Positions 14,279-27,647 of a stretch of DNA of 64,000 nt are shown here, in pieces. This DNA is from Octopus sinensis. Taxonomy: Eukaryota. Under the pieces are notes generated by a model. The model made no database searches. It saw only the letters and a program-made list of their open reading frames with translations, and was not told where the DNA came from. The position numbers and the translations under genes were made by a program. How positions within the stretch are numbered: the first letter of the stretch is position 1; each line of letters begins with the position of its first letter. The stretch covers positions 90,954,001 to 91,018,000 of the forward strand of contig NC_043001.1 of NCBI RefSeq assembly GCF_006345805.1, given 5' to 3'.

Positions 14279-14897
14279 AATAAAGTTACTGCTGTTGTTT
14301 GTCAACAACAACTTCCGGCGGTGTATATTTTGTTTGTCACTGTTATTTATGACGTATTTCTTCTCAGTTACGTTTGTATGAATAAACGAGTGTATCTGAA
14401 GCATGTTTACTTCATGGCACCACCGTAATCGTTCGTGCATTTCTACTGCTTTTAGGTTTTTTCCTGTTTTTCAGCTACTATTTTCGGAAAGACTTCCTCC
14501 TCCCCACTCCATTTTCTCGTAAACTATTGTTTTAAAAAAGTTTTTTTTTGCCAAAAACCCAGCTTTTCGGATACGGAGATTCCGGAAAATTGCCAAAAAT
14601 CGGAATTTTGAAATTTTTTGCCCCCCTTACGCTTCCCCCTCCAATGTCTTCATTTTTCACTTTTTTCCGTAACTCAAACACTAAAACCCCAACCCTAACC
14701 CTAAAACCCTAACCCTAAAACCCTAACCCTAACCCTAACTCTAAAACCCTAACCCTAACCCTAAAACCCTAACCCAAACCCTAACTCTAACCCTAAAACC
14801 CTAAAGCTAAACGCACGAACGATGTCATAAATAATAGTGACAAATGAAAATACACCTCCGATAGTTGTTGTTGACAAACAACGGCAGTAATACTATT
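14279..14897. mobile_element. TIR element with ~75-bp inverted ends containing telomere-like repeats
   Basis: ctgctgttgtttgtcaacaacaact...gtcactgttatttatgac is mirrored at 14822-14897. Confidence 0.75.
14681..14810 (+). repeat. Interstitial (CCCTAA)n / (CCCTAAAA) telomere-like array
   Basis: aaccctaaccctaaaaccctaa... over ~130 bp. Confidence 0.92.
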
Positions 14898-15632
14898 ATT
14901 GTGCCTTTGACTTCAAAGTGAAGAAGAATTTGCATCTATCTATAATTTGCAGATGGTGTGGAGGCGCATGATTTAGTGTTTAGGGTGTTTGATTCATAAT
15001 CGTAAGATTATGGTTTCGATTTCTGGACTGAGCGATGCGTTGTGTTCTTGAGCAATATACTTAATTTCACTTTGCTTCAATCTGCTCAGAAGGCAAAAAT
15101 AATTAATCCTGCGTCGGATCGGCGTCCGATCCAGAGGGGAAATATATACTCCGCGGAAACCGGTGAAACCGGCCCTTGAGGCTGTGTGACTCGGGAAGGA
15201 TATAGAATTGTAGTGCTATCAACTAACGTTTTTCTATCTAGTTTTCTTTAAACTATAGTATAATACACTGCAGTAGTTTCTCGTTGTAAATGCATGACCA
15301 ACTTACGGGTAAGCTTTATACATGTGTATCTGATGAAGCATGTTCAGTCATGAACTTTACAACTTTCATACTTACATTGAAATTAGATCTACAATAGTTA
15401 CAAATCGTTGATAAACTGCTTTGTATAATTTCGACGCCCAACTGTTTAGCAAGAAGTTAGAATTATTTTAGTTCTGACCATAGTAGAATGCCTCTAATTG
15501 CCGAGAGCAGGAAACGAACTCAAAACGATAAGGTATGCAGCAAAGCAGTATCAGACCGTGGACCATTTGGTAGAGAAATTTATTTCTATCTTATTGACTA
15601 TCGCAGTCTTCTGGGTGTTTTGCAATAAATCA

Positions 15633-15925
15633 TCTTTAAAGCTGAAATGCGAAAAAGTTGTTTGATTTCTTGGTTATTTGTCTCATTTTGGGATGGGAAC
15701 GGTAGACGGGGTCGCATTGGCGCCAAAATTTACACTGGGGGTAAAATGGGGTGGGCAATGGTGTGAGGAGGGTTGCAAGTCGCTCAGTGGTACCGTTTGG
15801 TTGCCATGGTGAGGAATATGGGAAAGGCAAAGAAGACGAACAAAAGAAGAAAGGGAAAAGGAGACAACACGCACAAAACAACACCACCACCAAAACCCGA
15901 GCGAAGCACGGGTCAAAATAGCTAG
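15633..15925 (+). mobile_element. Short Helitron-like element
   Basis: A|TC start; 3' hairpin cccgagcgaagcacggg followed by CTAG|T. Confidence 0.6.
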
Positions 15926-16067
15926 TATATTTACTCTTTTACTCTTTTACTTGTTTCAGTCATTTGACTGCGGCCATGCTGGAGCACCGCCTTTAATATA
16001 TTATATATGTAATAATTAAATTATATATTATGCACTTTATTGTGTTTTGTTATGCGCATGATATCTC

Positions 16068-16129
16068 GGTCCGTGGAAAAATGTCTTGCATGAAACCGGT
16101 CCGTAGTACAAAAAGGTTGGGGACCGCTG
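16068..16129 (+). mobile_element. hAT/Charlie-type MITE 3' terminus
   Basis: ggtccgtggaaaaatgtcttgcatgaaaccggtcc...aaaaaggttggggaccgctg resembles hAT-Charlie MITE ends (recalled consensus, not searched). Confidence 0.6.
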
Positions 16130-16269
16130 CTGCGAAGTACCTAAGATTTATTGACTGCCAACTGCACACTTTTCCATTATCTAATCGCACTTTCACCAAG
16201 AGTACTTCTAGGTTGCTCGCACTGCCTTCAGCGCTTGCGTGCTAAAAGGCAGTACTCTTGTGGTTATGT

Positions 16270-17400
16270 AACCGAAGTTTGACCTTGATCGCTTCAGTTT
16301 TCTTTCTTGTGTTCCAGAATAATCATAGCTGCTCCGCTGGCTTGTGTGCTCCACAGACGAACAGAAATCAGCAATCCGATTTCACTGGTCTGAAGGAAAT
16401 TTATCGCAGGCTTTCACTATCGTATGAAGACAACGCTCTACTGCGTAGAATTGTGTATGAGCGGATCGAGAAGTTAAAAAATGGTTGGACAATCGTGAAG
16501 CACAAAGAGGGGACAGGGCGCTCATCAACCTCCCCACTGACATGAAGATTCATTAAGCTCGAGAGATGGTTCTGGCGAACCGACGAGTGACCGTCGATGA
16601 AGCGATGTGCTCTCTACAAATTGGTCTTGGTCCTACATACGAAGCCATCCACAACAAGCTCCGCTTCCGTAAAATCTATGCGAAGTGGGTGCCAAGAAAG
16701 TTTACCGAAGTGTATAAGCGCTATCGTGTGGAGAGTTGTTAAAGCTTACTCGACTGCTACAGCGACAAAATCGAAGCTTGTTTGGAGAGAATAGTTACTG
16801 GAGATGGGACCTAAGCCCATCACTTTGAGCCTGAATCCAAAAGGCAGATTATGGAGTGGAGACACCTGGAATCGCCAGTAAAAAAGAAATTCAAGATACA
16901 ACCTTCCACTGGAAAAGTGATGATAACCATTTTCTGGGATGCAAAGTGCCTATATTGGAGCATCACCTGGAAAAATGGTCTACAGTTACTAATATAGGCT
17001 GCAGTGAAATGCTGGTCAACAAACTGAAACCAGCTATTCGCACCAAACGCCGACGTCCATTGTCAAAGCAATTGTTATTGTTTCACGACAATAATGGCCC
17101 ATATACGACCTCATACACCGTTGAAACCATTGAAAATTGGGTTACGAGTTGCTGGAACACCTAGCATACCATCCAGATCTCGCTCCTTCTGACTATCACC
17201 TCTTTGGACCGCCCAAGTATATCGTTTACGAGGTTGTCGGTTTGCTACGGACGAATGGTCGCACATAAATGACTGCGTGACCAGCCGAAAGCCTTGTTCA
17301 CCGATGGAATAAGCGAGGTTGTGGACCGCTGGAAGAAGTGCATCGAAAAGAAAGAAAGCTATGTCGAAAAATGATGTAATTGTTCAACCTCTGATTTTGT
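16270..17400 (+). pseudogene. Decayed mariner transposase
   Basis: Frameshifted motifs in order: YEDNAL..IVYE..EK.KNG (HTH), KWVPRK, VTGDGT, FWDAK, LFHDN, PDLAPSDYHLFG, RWKKCIE. Confidence 0.88.
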
Positions 17401-17704
17401 TTTAATAAACAAGAGTGAGTGTAATTTTTGATCAATTAGTTATAATTGCGATTACTTTGTTATTGCGACTCACAGGTTTGTGTTACTATTTATGCGATAA
17501 TTTTTTTTACCTAGTTGAGGACCATTTTGCACACTCCGATATGCAGTGATGACTAGTATTGAGTGCAGTGTGACAGCTTGGGAATGCGTTGGTTCCTTAG
17601 TTGACAAGAGTGGTTGTCTGTTATTCTAAATGTGTAGCAATATTAAGTTATGAATCACTATTTTAACGGTGGAAGCATCATCAAAAATAGCAGAGACAAT
17701 GGCA

Positions 17705-18322
17705 ATAATGATTTCAAATTTTGGCTCAAGGCCAGCAATTTAAGGATGTTAGTCGATTACATTGACCCTTATACTTGACTGTTACTTTATTTAATCGACT
17801 TTGAAGGATTGAAAGCAAAGTTGAACTCGATGGAATTTGAACTCAGAACCTAATGCGTCGGTTGAAATACCGCGAAGTATTTTTGACCGTCGCGTAACGA
17901 TTATTGTTTCTTTATTGCCAACAAGGGGCTAAACATAGAGGAGACAAACAAGGACAGACAAAGGAATTGAGTCGATTACATCGACCCCAGTGCGTAACTG
18001 GTACTTAATTTATCGACCCCGAAAGGATGAAAGGCAAAGTCGACCTCGACGGAATTTGAACTCAGAACGTAGCGGCAGAGGAAATACCTATTTCTTTACT
18101 ATCCACAAGGGGCTAAACACAGAGGGAACAAACAAGGACAGACAAACGGATTAAGTCGATTATATCGACCCCAGTGTGTAACTGTTATTTAATTTATCGA
18201 CCCCGAAAGGATGAAAGGCAAAGTCGACTTCGGCGGAATTTGAACTCAGAACGTAACGGCAGAGGAAATACCGCTTAGCATTTCGCCCGGCGTGCTAACG
18301 TTTCTGCCAGCTCGCCGCCTTA
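17705..18322 (-). mobile_element. SINE family C tandem array
   Basis: Three reverse-complement cores (ggaatttgaactcagaac) ending in the head ctcgccgcctta. Confidence 0.85.
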
Positions 18323-19150
18323 CAAGGGCAATAATACAATAGATACAAACGAATCAACACCACAAAGCTTGTCATGTCTCCATCAACACAACGAACAACA
18401 ACCACAGAAATAAGGGGCCAACGAAGGCGCCTCTACGCGATTGTTCGACCTGCTAGAAATAGTGACCAAATCACTTTCAATTTAGGTCATACCGTTTAAA
18501 TGGAGAAGGACACAACAGAAAATGTGATCCCAGATAAAGTATTTGAATAAAAGGTGGGACAATTATTGCTGGAACGCCTTTGATCATAAGTTTGCTCAAT
18601 CAGAACTGGTTAAGCATCATCGACAACAACAACAATCACAAAAATTATCAACACTAACAATAACAAGGATTCATATAAAATAGTATCTCATGACAGGCAG
18701 TAAGTAACACTGGCCATGAAACAATACAAAGTCAACATCATTAACCAATAACAACCTTTGTCAGTTAAAAAAGAGAATCAAAATAATAGAAAAACCCTTT
18801 AAATCCGTTGATTAATTCTAATCCTTTATCACAGCACGAATGAAATTATGGGTTGATATTTTAAATCCATCTTATCTGTATTAGAAGCTGCAACAGCCGA
18901 AACTCTCTCTTCATCTCCAATATTAAAAATGTTTAAATACACGCACATGCATACACGTATATACACACACAAACATACACACTCATCGTATATTTGTGTC
19001 TATACTCTACAGACAGATTATAAGGGATAGATTGTCTTTTGACTTCTTAATTGATTATCTCGGTCGAATGTTAGTTGAGATGTACATTAATCTGACAAAT
19101 GTTAAATCTAAACTCGGTAAACTGACATTGCCCACGAAATGATGAATATA

Positions 19151-19711
19151 CGAGGGGGTGCTGAAAAGTTCCTGGCTTTAAGGAACCTTCCGAGTTCTTT
19201 TACTGGACTTAGAAAGATTGAAGGACCGCTGCAATAAGTGTGTGAATCTGAGAGGGGAATATCTCTCTATATATAAACGGCAAAATGTCTGTGTCTGTGT
19301 GTGTGTATCCTTTATACAAATCCACAATTTTTCAGTTAGAGGGCTCGCACTTTCTGTGGTCATTCAAAACCGTCCAAGGGTGGTCGTGCACATCTTTACA
19401 TTTCCCCAGTCACCCCGCAAAGCCATTAAAAAATCAATAGAAGTGACTTTTAAGTGAATTTTCTATCCAAATCCCAATCAAAATGCCCGAAACTTGATAC
19501 GCCAATTGAATGCCAGCTAGCTGTATGTGATTGGTCAGAGCTTTGGACAGTACTCGCGTGTATGTGTACACGCACGCAGCTGTATATGCATGCACTAGCA
19601 CTATGACCTGGCGTTGCCGAGTCATAGTGCTAGTGTTGAATAAAATCATAATTAAAAGAACCACCTGTATTTTCTTTTGCCCAAAGCCAGGAACTTTTCA
19701 ACACTCCCTCG
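19151..19711. mobile_element. Mariner-derived MITE with a nested Helitron-like insert at ~19263
   Basis: TA-flanked TIRs cgagggggtgctgaaaagttcctggcttt / aaagccaggaacttttcaacactccctcg. Contains a transposase C-terminal remnant DRCNKCVNLRGEY. Confidence 0.8.
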
Positions 19712-20045
19712 TACACAAATAAAATTTACTATTCTACGTGATTGCTAACAAATCACGTATTCACAAAAATACCTGCAATGTGTAAATATAACGCCAGGCC
19801 TTAAAGAACGAATATAATTTTCTAAGACCTTTTTTCTATTAACAGTTTTCCGGTACCTTGAATACTCTACACACGATGACGACCATCAACACCATTGGTG
19901 CTAAGGCGTGTTTAGATGTGTCACACAGAATAACATAAAACTTAGTAACCCAACATATACCGAGGAGAGAAAACTAGTTAAATTTTTATAAACTACACTT
20001 ACCAAACTATATCAATAGTGAGGTATTCCTATCTTTGCCAATTAG

Positions 20046-20141
<96 letters not shown>

Positions 20142-20371
20142 GTAAAAGTAAGATCTAAGAATCAAGGTGTAAGTAGATAGTAGGATTCGAACAGTCCATA
20201 GGAGGTATAAAAAACAACTTTCAGGAACAATAGTCGTTTATTGATGTAGAAGGTTGTACATTTTTCCCGTATCGAAGATGGATAAGCTGAAAAAATTGTT
20301 TTTATAGCATACATTTAGCAGCAGGGGTTGCTGTGTATGCGAATAGAAATCCAAAATTAGAGAATGAAGTA

Positions 20372-20851
20372 CCGTAAATCCTCGAGTATAATCCGCACTT
20401 TTTTCCCAAAATTTAAAGGTCAAAATCCCTAGTGCGTACTATATGCGAGGTTAAAAATGAAAATTATTTTCTAAGTAATGTCCGAGTCTCTATTTGCTGT
20501 CCGGCAATGTTTATTCAGACGCATTTTGTGATGTCGGGCGCGAAAATACCTTAAATCAGCCATAACTTGCAGTAAGCAACATTTATTAAACGTTATTACT
20601 GTTATTTCTTTATTTTCTGCAAACAAAATGCACAAAAAAGCTACACGTTTGCATTATGTTATATATACAATAATAATAAAAGACGTTACCGTATACAGTT
20701 TTACAAACCAAGGACGTTATATAGACCTCCTTGACTCAAGTTAACGAAGGGGTGCGTATTATACACAAGGTTTAGGTTTTTCAGAGGTACAGCCCCCTTA
20801 AAATCTCCTGCGTATTATACTCAAGGGTGGACTATACTCGAGGATTTACGG
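20372..20851. mobile_element. Pogo/Tigger-type MITE
   Basis: TA|ccgtaaatcctcgagtata ... tatactcgaggatttacgg|TA: perfect 19-bp TIR with a TA TSD. Confidence 0.85.
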
Positions 20852-21069
20852 TAGTAATACCCCAAAACGAGGGGTAAACCGCTAGCTACTCGTTGGGCCA
20901 ACGAGTAGCAAGCGGATTATCCCTCGTTTAGGCTATTATTAATTCTGCGGTTCTGCTAATTATGAAACATGTGTAGCTTGGATTTTAATCTACTCTATTT
21001 CCTAATTTTGGATTTACGTAGATAGACAGACAGATAGACAGACAGATAGATAGATAGATAGATAGATAG

Positions 21070-21207
<138 letters not shown>

Positions 21208-21251
21208 AGATAGATAGAAGATAGATAGATAAATGATAGATAGATAGATAG

Positions 21252-21326
<75 letters not shown>

Positions 21327-21328
21327 AT

Positions 21329-21421
<93 letters not shown>

Positions 21422-21764
21422 ATTGATAGATAGATAGTTCACTGTATCGATCAAACTATCGAATGTTGTTATACACTGCTGGTTATAATGCAAGGAAGTA
21501 CAATGTTGTAACTTTCGAGTAATGCCAGCCTGTCGTCAAGGTTGGCAGATCAACATTTCCCATGATCGGAATGCCAGTCCGTCGCAGAATAACACATTTA
21601 CAGCTGAGTGGACTGGAGCAGCGTAAAATGAAGTGTTTTGCTCAAGAACATTACGCATCGCCGGTCTGAGAATCGAAAATTCCCTAACCACTGCCACACG
21701 CACTTTAACACACGCGCGCGCAAATACAGACACATATACACACATTCATATCCCATTTATGCCT

Positions 21765-22250
21765 AGGAAAGTTGTGGGTGTAGAGCCCTACAACCCTGAC
21801 CCACTTCCTCCGGCTGGATTCTCAAGCGTGACCACCCAAGACTGGATATTATCCAGCCATCTTTTTCTTGGTCTATCCCTTGGTCTTCTGCCGGTTGAAT
21901 GGGCTTGAATCACCCATCTTGCAATTCTTTCCTGCGATATGCTAATCACACTCCGGAGCACTGTGACCTCTTAATGCAGAGAAGTAGCTGCACACCCTGC
22001 ATGCACACCCTAATCTCCGAGTTACGCACCCTGTCGAGTAATGTTATTACAGAAATCCTTATCATTTAGCCATGAGGTAATGTAATGCTCAAGACCCTTT
22101 ATAGGGACTCTGAGAACTTGTGAGAAGAAGGGAAACTTGGTCTGAATGCTTGTAATAGAGGAGACTCCGCTAAAAGCATTCAAAGTGCTGGTTGGAAATT
22201 AGGGCTGGATTAAGACCCACAGAGGCCCTAAGCACTTGAAAGATTTTGGT
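21765..22250 (-). mobile_element. RTE-clade LINE 3' relic
   Basis: Minus strand gives TLLDRVRNSEIR...LLLCIKRSQ...LGWSRLRIQPEE-like C-terminal RTE motifs, decayed. Confidence 0.65.
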
Positions 22251-22906
22251 GCCTCCATATATATATGTAATTCGAAATATAAACAATAATAAGCCATAAA
22301 ATAAAATTTTATTTCTCAAATTGAAACAAAACTAACCGTAAGATGGAAAATAATGCTTATTTTTATATACTTAGACATCATCTCTTATTACAAAAGGCAG
22401 ATTTTATCTGCCTCCCTTTGGGAGTTATACAAATCTACAATATAGGATTTCTTCAATTATTATAAAAGGCAGATTTTATCTGCCTCCCTTTGGGAGTTAT
22501 ACAAATCTACAATATAGGATTTCTTCAATTACAATTTACCTAGCATTTTTGAGAGTACAATGCATCGCGTCATGCCAGGTCCAGTTTTTAAAATTTAAAC
22601 TCCAATTAAGCAAAATTTACAGAAAACTCACATTCTGGTGTGTGTGTCAAATGCTTTTCTTAGTCTGGTTTACACCACACGCAAACGCCACACACAGTGG
22701 GCAACGAATAAAATGAAAGTAAATAGCGACAGAGTGATTTGAGGAAGACTAAAGTGAAAGTATTCTGTCTATGACGCTGATAGATACATGAGTAAAATGT
22801 ATGGGAAGCTAAGAGCTAAGAGTGAGTGAAAATGTTCTTGGAAGAGAGTAATTAGTAATAAAGTAAACATACACTCATACATACATACATACATACATAC
22901 ATACAT

Positions 22907-22939
<33 letters not shown>

Positions 22940-23004
22940 TACACACACACATACATACACACACACATACATACATACACACATACATAATACATATACA
23001 TACA

Positions 23005-23372
23005 TCTCTCTATATATAAACGGCAGTTTGTCTGTGCGTGTTTCTGTGTGTCTGTTTGCTTGTACCCTCACCCTGACCACGGCTTTCAACCGATTCTGAT
23101 GAAACTTGACACACACATAGCCCAATGTCATAATTCAAAACTAACGCAGCGAAAATTTTGAAAAGTTCCCCCAGTTCTGAAAAAAATCAATAAAATCGAC
23201 ATGGGGTCGAGAATCAGAAACAAACCACAGACTGTCTAGGGGACGCAACTCAACCTTTTTAACTAAAAAAAAATTTACCATAATTTTTTTGCTATTTTTT
23301 GGCTATAACTCTCTAAAAATGCTTTATAGTTATTTCCTTACAAACCTGAGCAACGCCGGGCGATACTGCTAG
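23005..23372 (+). mobile_element. Non-autonomous Helitron-like element (copy of 78-462)
   Basis: Same sequence and termini, inserted at an AT site inside a (TACA)n tract. Confidence 0.8.
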
Positions 23373-23532
23373 TACATACATAACATACATACATACACAC
23401 ACACACACATACACACACCAACACAGTATTGAAGCTTGAAACAATCAGATTACATTTGCAACACATCTGTTGAAAATATTATTGTCCACACACATACATA
23501 TACATAACATACAGACAGACAGACGACAGATA

Positions 23533-23568
<36 letters not shown>

Positions 23569-23619
23569 ATCCAGCATGGCCACAACCTCAAGGCTGCAAA
23601 ACATATAAAAGAATAACAG

Positions 23620-24005
23620 AATATAAATGTGTGCAAAGTACAAGAAATATTAATGCAGTATATGGGGATTGGACAATAAGCGTAAGGCAGTGTCAATGGT
23701 GGTTCCAGAAATCCCGAGCCATAAACTACAGCCTAGAAGACGAGCCTCATCCTGAAAGATCTGTAGAACTCGACAAGGACATCCTGAAAACCCTGGTGGA
23801 ACAAAATATCATCGTAACTGTTGAGGAACTAGCAGAGAAGCTTGGATTTGGTCATTCAACCATTCATTGACACCTGTGTGCTATCGGAAAAGTCAGCAAA
23901 TTGGGTCAATGGGTTCCTCACGAACTTTCCGAGTCTAATTGCATGCAGAGAGTGAATGTATGCTTTTCTTTGCTGTCATATCTCACCACTACTGCGCTAT
24001 GTATA
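23620..24005 (+). pseudogene. Mariner transposase N-terminal fragment
   Basis: INAVYGD...CQWWFQK...SLEDEP...VTVEELAEKLG...STIH, then GKVSKLGQWVPHELSE (WVPHEL motif). Confidence 0.88.
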
Positions 24006-24538
24006 TCTATATATATAAAACTGTAGTTGTGTGAGTGTCTGTCCCCTTCGATTTAGATTCCTTACGATTTTAAAAATAATTTAACATCATTTTTTATTCC
24101 ATTTTAATGCATAATTTTTCGTGTGTCGATGGCGGCGGAGTTGGCGTCCACGCTCACACCTGCACCTGTGGGGAAGGGAGTGTAAGGAAATCAACGTCGT
24201 AATGCGTTGTCAAGGAGACCAGTGTTCTTTTAGAACAACGACTTCATGGCTTGAAGACACCAAAACAGAAATGGCTAAGAAAGCGTCTACATGAGTCTAC
24301 GATTTAAAAAAAAATTTACCATCGTTTTTTTTCCATTTTAATGCATTTTTTCGCTATTATATAAGGGAAGTAACTCTCTAAAAATGTCTACGATGAGTCA
24401 ACGATTTAAAAAAAAATTTACCATCATATTTTTTCCATTTTTAATGCATTTTTTGCTATTTTTTGGCTATAACTCTCTAAAAATGCTTATATAGTTATTT
24501 CCCTTACAAACCCGAGCAACGCCGGGCGATACTGCTAG
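24006..24538 (+). mobile_element. Non-autonomous Helitron-like element, different body but same 3' end
   Basis: A|TCTATATATATAAAA...cccgagcaacgccgggcgatactgCTAG|T. It truncates the adjacent mariner relic. Confidence 0.8.
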
Positions 24539-25138
24539 TTCATATCTAAAAAAATTTTCTCCTACATATTTTTTGTAATTGCAAAATTTTTTATTAGATC
24601 CTCAAAATTAATCTTATGTAACACCTGCTTCTGTACTTAGTAGAGAAAGAATCCCGAATACTATTTTGGCAATTTCTTTTGTACCATAAGCTATATACCA
24701 TTTAAGTGGTGCCTCCTTTCCCTTGATGCACTAAGCATGTGCTTATTCTGCTTAGTGGTTAATCCAGCGCTAGCGGGAGTGTTAAACCAGGAAACAGTTT
24801 AAGTCAATTAACTATGGTAAGATTTGAACTCAGAACCTAAAGAGCCGGTACAGATACCGTTGCCATGGATCTAGTCTGATGTTCTTACATTCCCACAACA
24901 CATACCACTATTACATCATCCTGAATATAGCATTATGAAGGTCTAGAAACATCCATAATAAATTCAAAAACTTCACTGTTCCAAAGAAACTGCAAGATGC
25001 TCACACGAAAACACATGTAAAAACCTTGGCCATGTTCATTATACTAGATGTGTGTATTGAATGCTTGTATTAGGTGTTAAACATAGTTCTCTATTTCAAT
25101 GATATTAAAATCTACTTCTTTTGTCGTTAAACACGTTG

Positions 25139-25258
<120 letters not shown>

Positions 25259-27503
25259 ATATATATATATGCATATACATAAATGATAGAGGATCCGAGC
25301 ACTTCGATTTAATCTGACATTGACGTAACTTCACACGCAGACATTAGAAACTGATCAAATCTTGGCTGCTTAATCTGACACGTAAAAATGACCCGTGCAT
25401 TAACAGTTCTGCATACAGCTGTCTAAAACTGGCATCGGTGTTATTATAAGCACTGACACATGCATCCATGCACGCACGAATACACACAGACGCATATATA
25501 TACATCACAAAACACTTGCACACACATGCACACTGAGGTACACTTGCCTACAAAGAGATATTATTGATCATAAGACAAAGACGTAGTATCCACTTACAAT
25601 TCACTAGCATATATAAATAAGATAGTTTATGTAACATTGACATATCTCTTTAAAGCCTGTTGAATTCAGGACGAGATCCTGTAGTCTTTCATCAAACTGA
25701 TGTTTCTTTTATTTGTCACTGACATCAACATCTTGCTGCAACAGGGTGGAACCAAAGCGATTAAAACCGAAGAACACATTACATATTACTTCGGTCATCT
25801 TTCTGTTTTAGAAAAATACATACAACAGGAAAGAATTTCACATACTCCTTTAATTTAACAATCAAAAACTACAAGTCTCGAAACGAGTTTTTACTAACAC
25901 TAAATTTCATGAAAAGTTTCACCAACAACCCCTCAAAACAACTACTTCGTTGCATCATGGAGCTAGCACGCATTCGGATTAACCTCTAAACTACATAATT
26001 TGATGAACAAGTTATTTTAAAAGGCTATTATATTATTATTGTTTAAATACCATTATTGATCAACTAGCCGTTATTGATCACGTGCGGTGGACTTCAACAA
26101 ACACAGTCTCACATAGTTTGTGTATCTTTCTGCTAGAAGCTTCGATGGCGCAGTCGGTGAAGTCATCGTTGCCATACGTAGAGGGTGATACCACCAATGT
26201 TTCTAAACAAGGTCGCTCGTACAAAATAATTTTGGATCAATGTCGTCTCAAAGGTTATGAAGCCACAAAGTCGTCGGTGAAAAATCTCCTGTGGAATCTC
26301 AATCTCATGTACAATGGTAAGCCTAAAATTTGTCTCTTTTTTTCTTCGTATAGGCGTTGCTTCACATTGGTTTTATGGAGATGGCAGAATCGTTTAAGTG
26401 TCGAAAACAAGCTTTGCAGTTTTTGTTCAAGCTCTATACGTTCTAAGCTCAAATGATTCCGGGTTTAACTTTGCCTTTGTTATCCTTCTTGAGTAGATAA
26501 AATAAGTAAATGACTGGAGTCGATGTTATCAAAATTGCTGGCCTTCTACCTATATCAGAAATAATTATTTTTGTATATGTGCATTCCAGTAAATCATATT
26601 TTATAATTTCCCACCCATTATCGCCAATATACTCAACTTGCCTCGTGTCTTCATTATACTGAATAGAATAAACCATTTAATGACTTCGGTTAACCCTTTC
26701 ATAAAACCGGAATAAGTAACTAACAAATTGGTGATTTGTTCGATGAACATCAGCAATATTAACGAAACTTATGAGATGGGTATTGGGGTGCTTAGCCCGG
26801 TATAGCAGATTCAGGGCACAGATGGAGAGTCAAGGAGTGTTTCATAACTAATATGACTAATTGCTGAACCCCTACCTACAAAAAAGCAACAAAAAACAAA
26901 AACAACAACAAAAAAAAAACAAAAACAAAAAAAAAACAAACAAAAAATTTTAGCCCCCTTGATTTTTGAAACCCCTTTTATATCTCGGTGCCCGAAAGTA
27001 GTTTTGTTTGGTAGAATTTCTCCACGCGTGAATCCTAATCACTGTTTTCATTTTTTTTTTTTTGTTTTTCATGATTGTTTTTATTTACTTTCGTCAAACC
27101 GCCATTTCATGGATTCATTCTTGACAAGTTCTGGATAATAATACTATTAATAATATACTTATTTTGAAAACTCTAACGACTGATTAAACCCGTAATTTGA
27201 AAATCAATCGTTCTTTCTCTTTTGTTTTACATGACTTGGGGGCGTAAGTGCAGTGCCAGTCACCAGTTTCAGTTTTTACAAGTCTCGAATTGGGAAAGGA
27301 TGAAATTATTGTCAGATTAGAATCTGGCCTGAATGCTTTTAATAGAATATCTTTACTTCTCTAAAGAGTTCCTTTACTACAATAAAACGGAGTAAAGGAC
27401 TTTAGGTGTCTTTCCTCCACTGGAGATACTAAACGGCCAGGTGATGGTATTAAAATGGGCAATGGATAAGGGGATAAAGTGTTTCTTGGGGAAATCGGGC
27501 TCA

Positions 27504-27647
27504 AGATTTGTTTTGGGGCATTTAGATTTGTTTTGGGGCATTTAGATTTGTTTTGGGGCACTTAGATTTGTTCATTTAGATTTGTTTTGGGGCACTTAGA
27601 TTTGTTCATTTAGATTTGTTTTGGGGTACTAAGATTTTTTTGGGGGC
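27504..27647. repeat. ~20-bp minisatellite (tttagatttgttttggggca)n
   Basis: Six to seven degenerate tandem units without spacers. Confidence 0.85.

Noticed and set aside
14681-14810. True telomere or chromosome fusion site
   Set aside because: The array is short, degenerate, single-orientation and enclosed within inverted termini.
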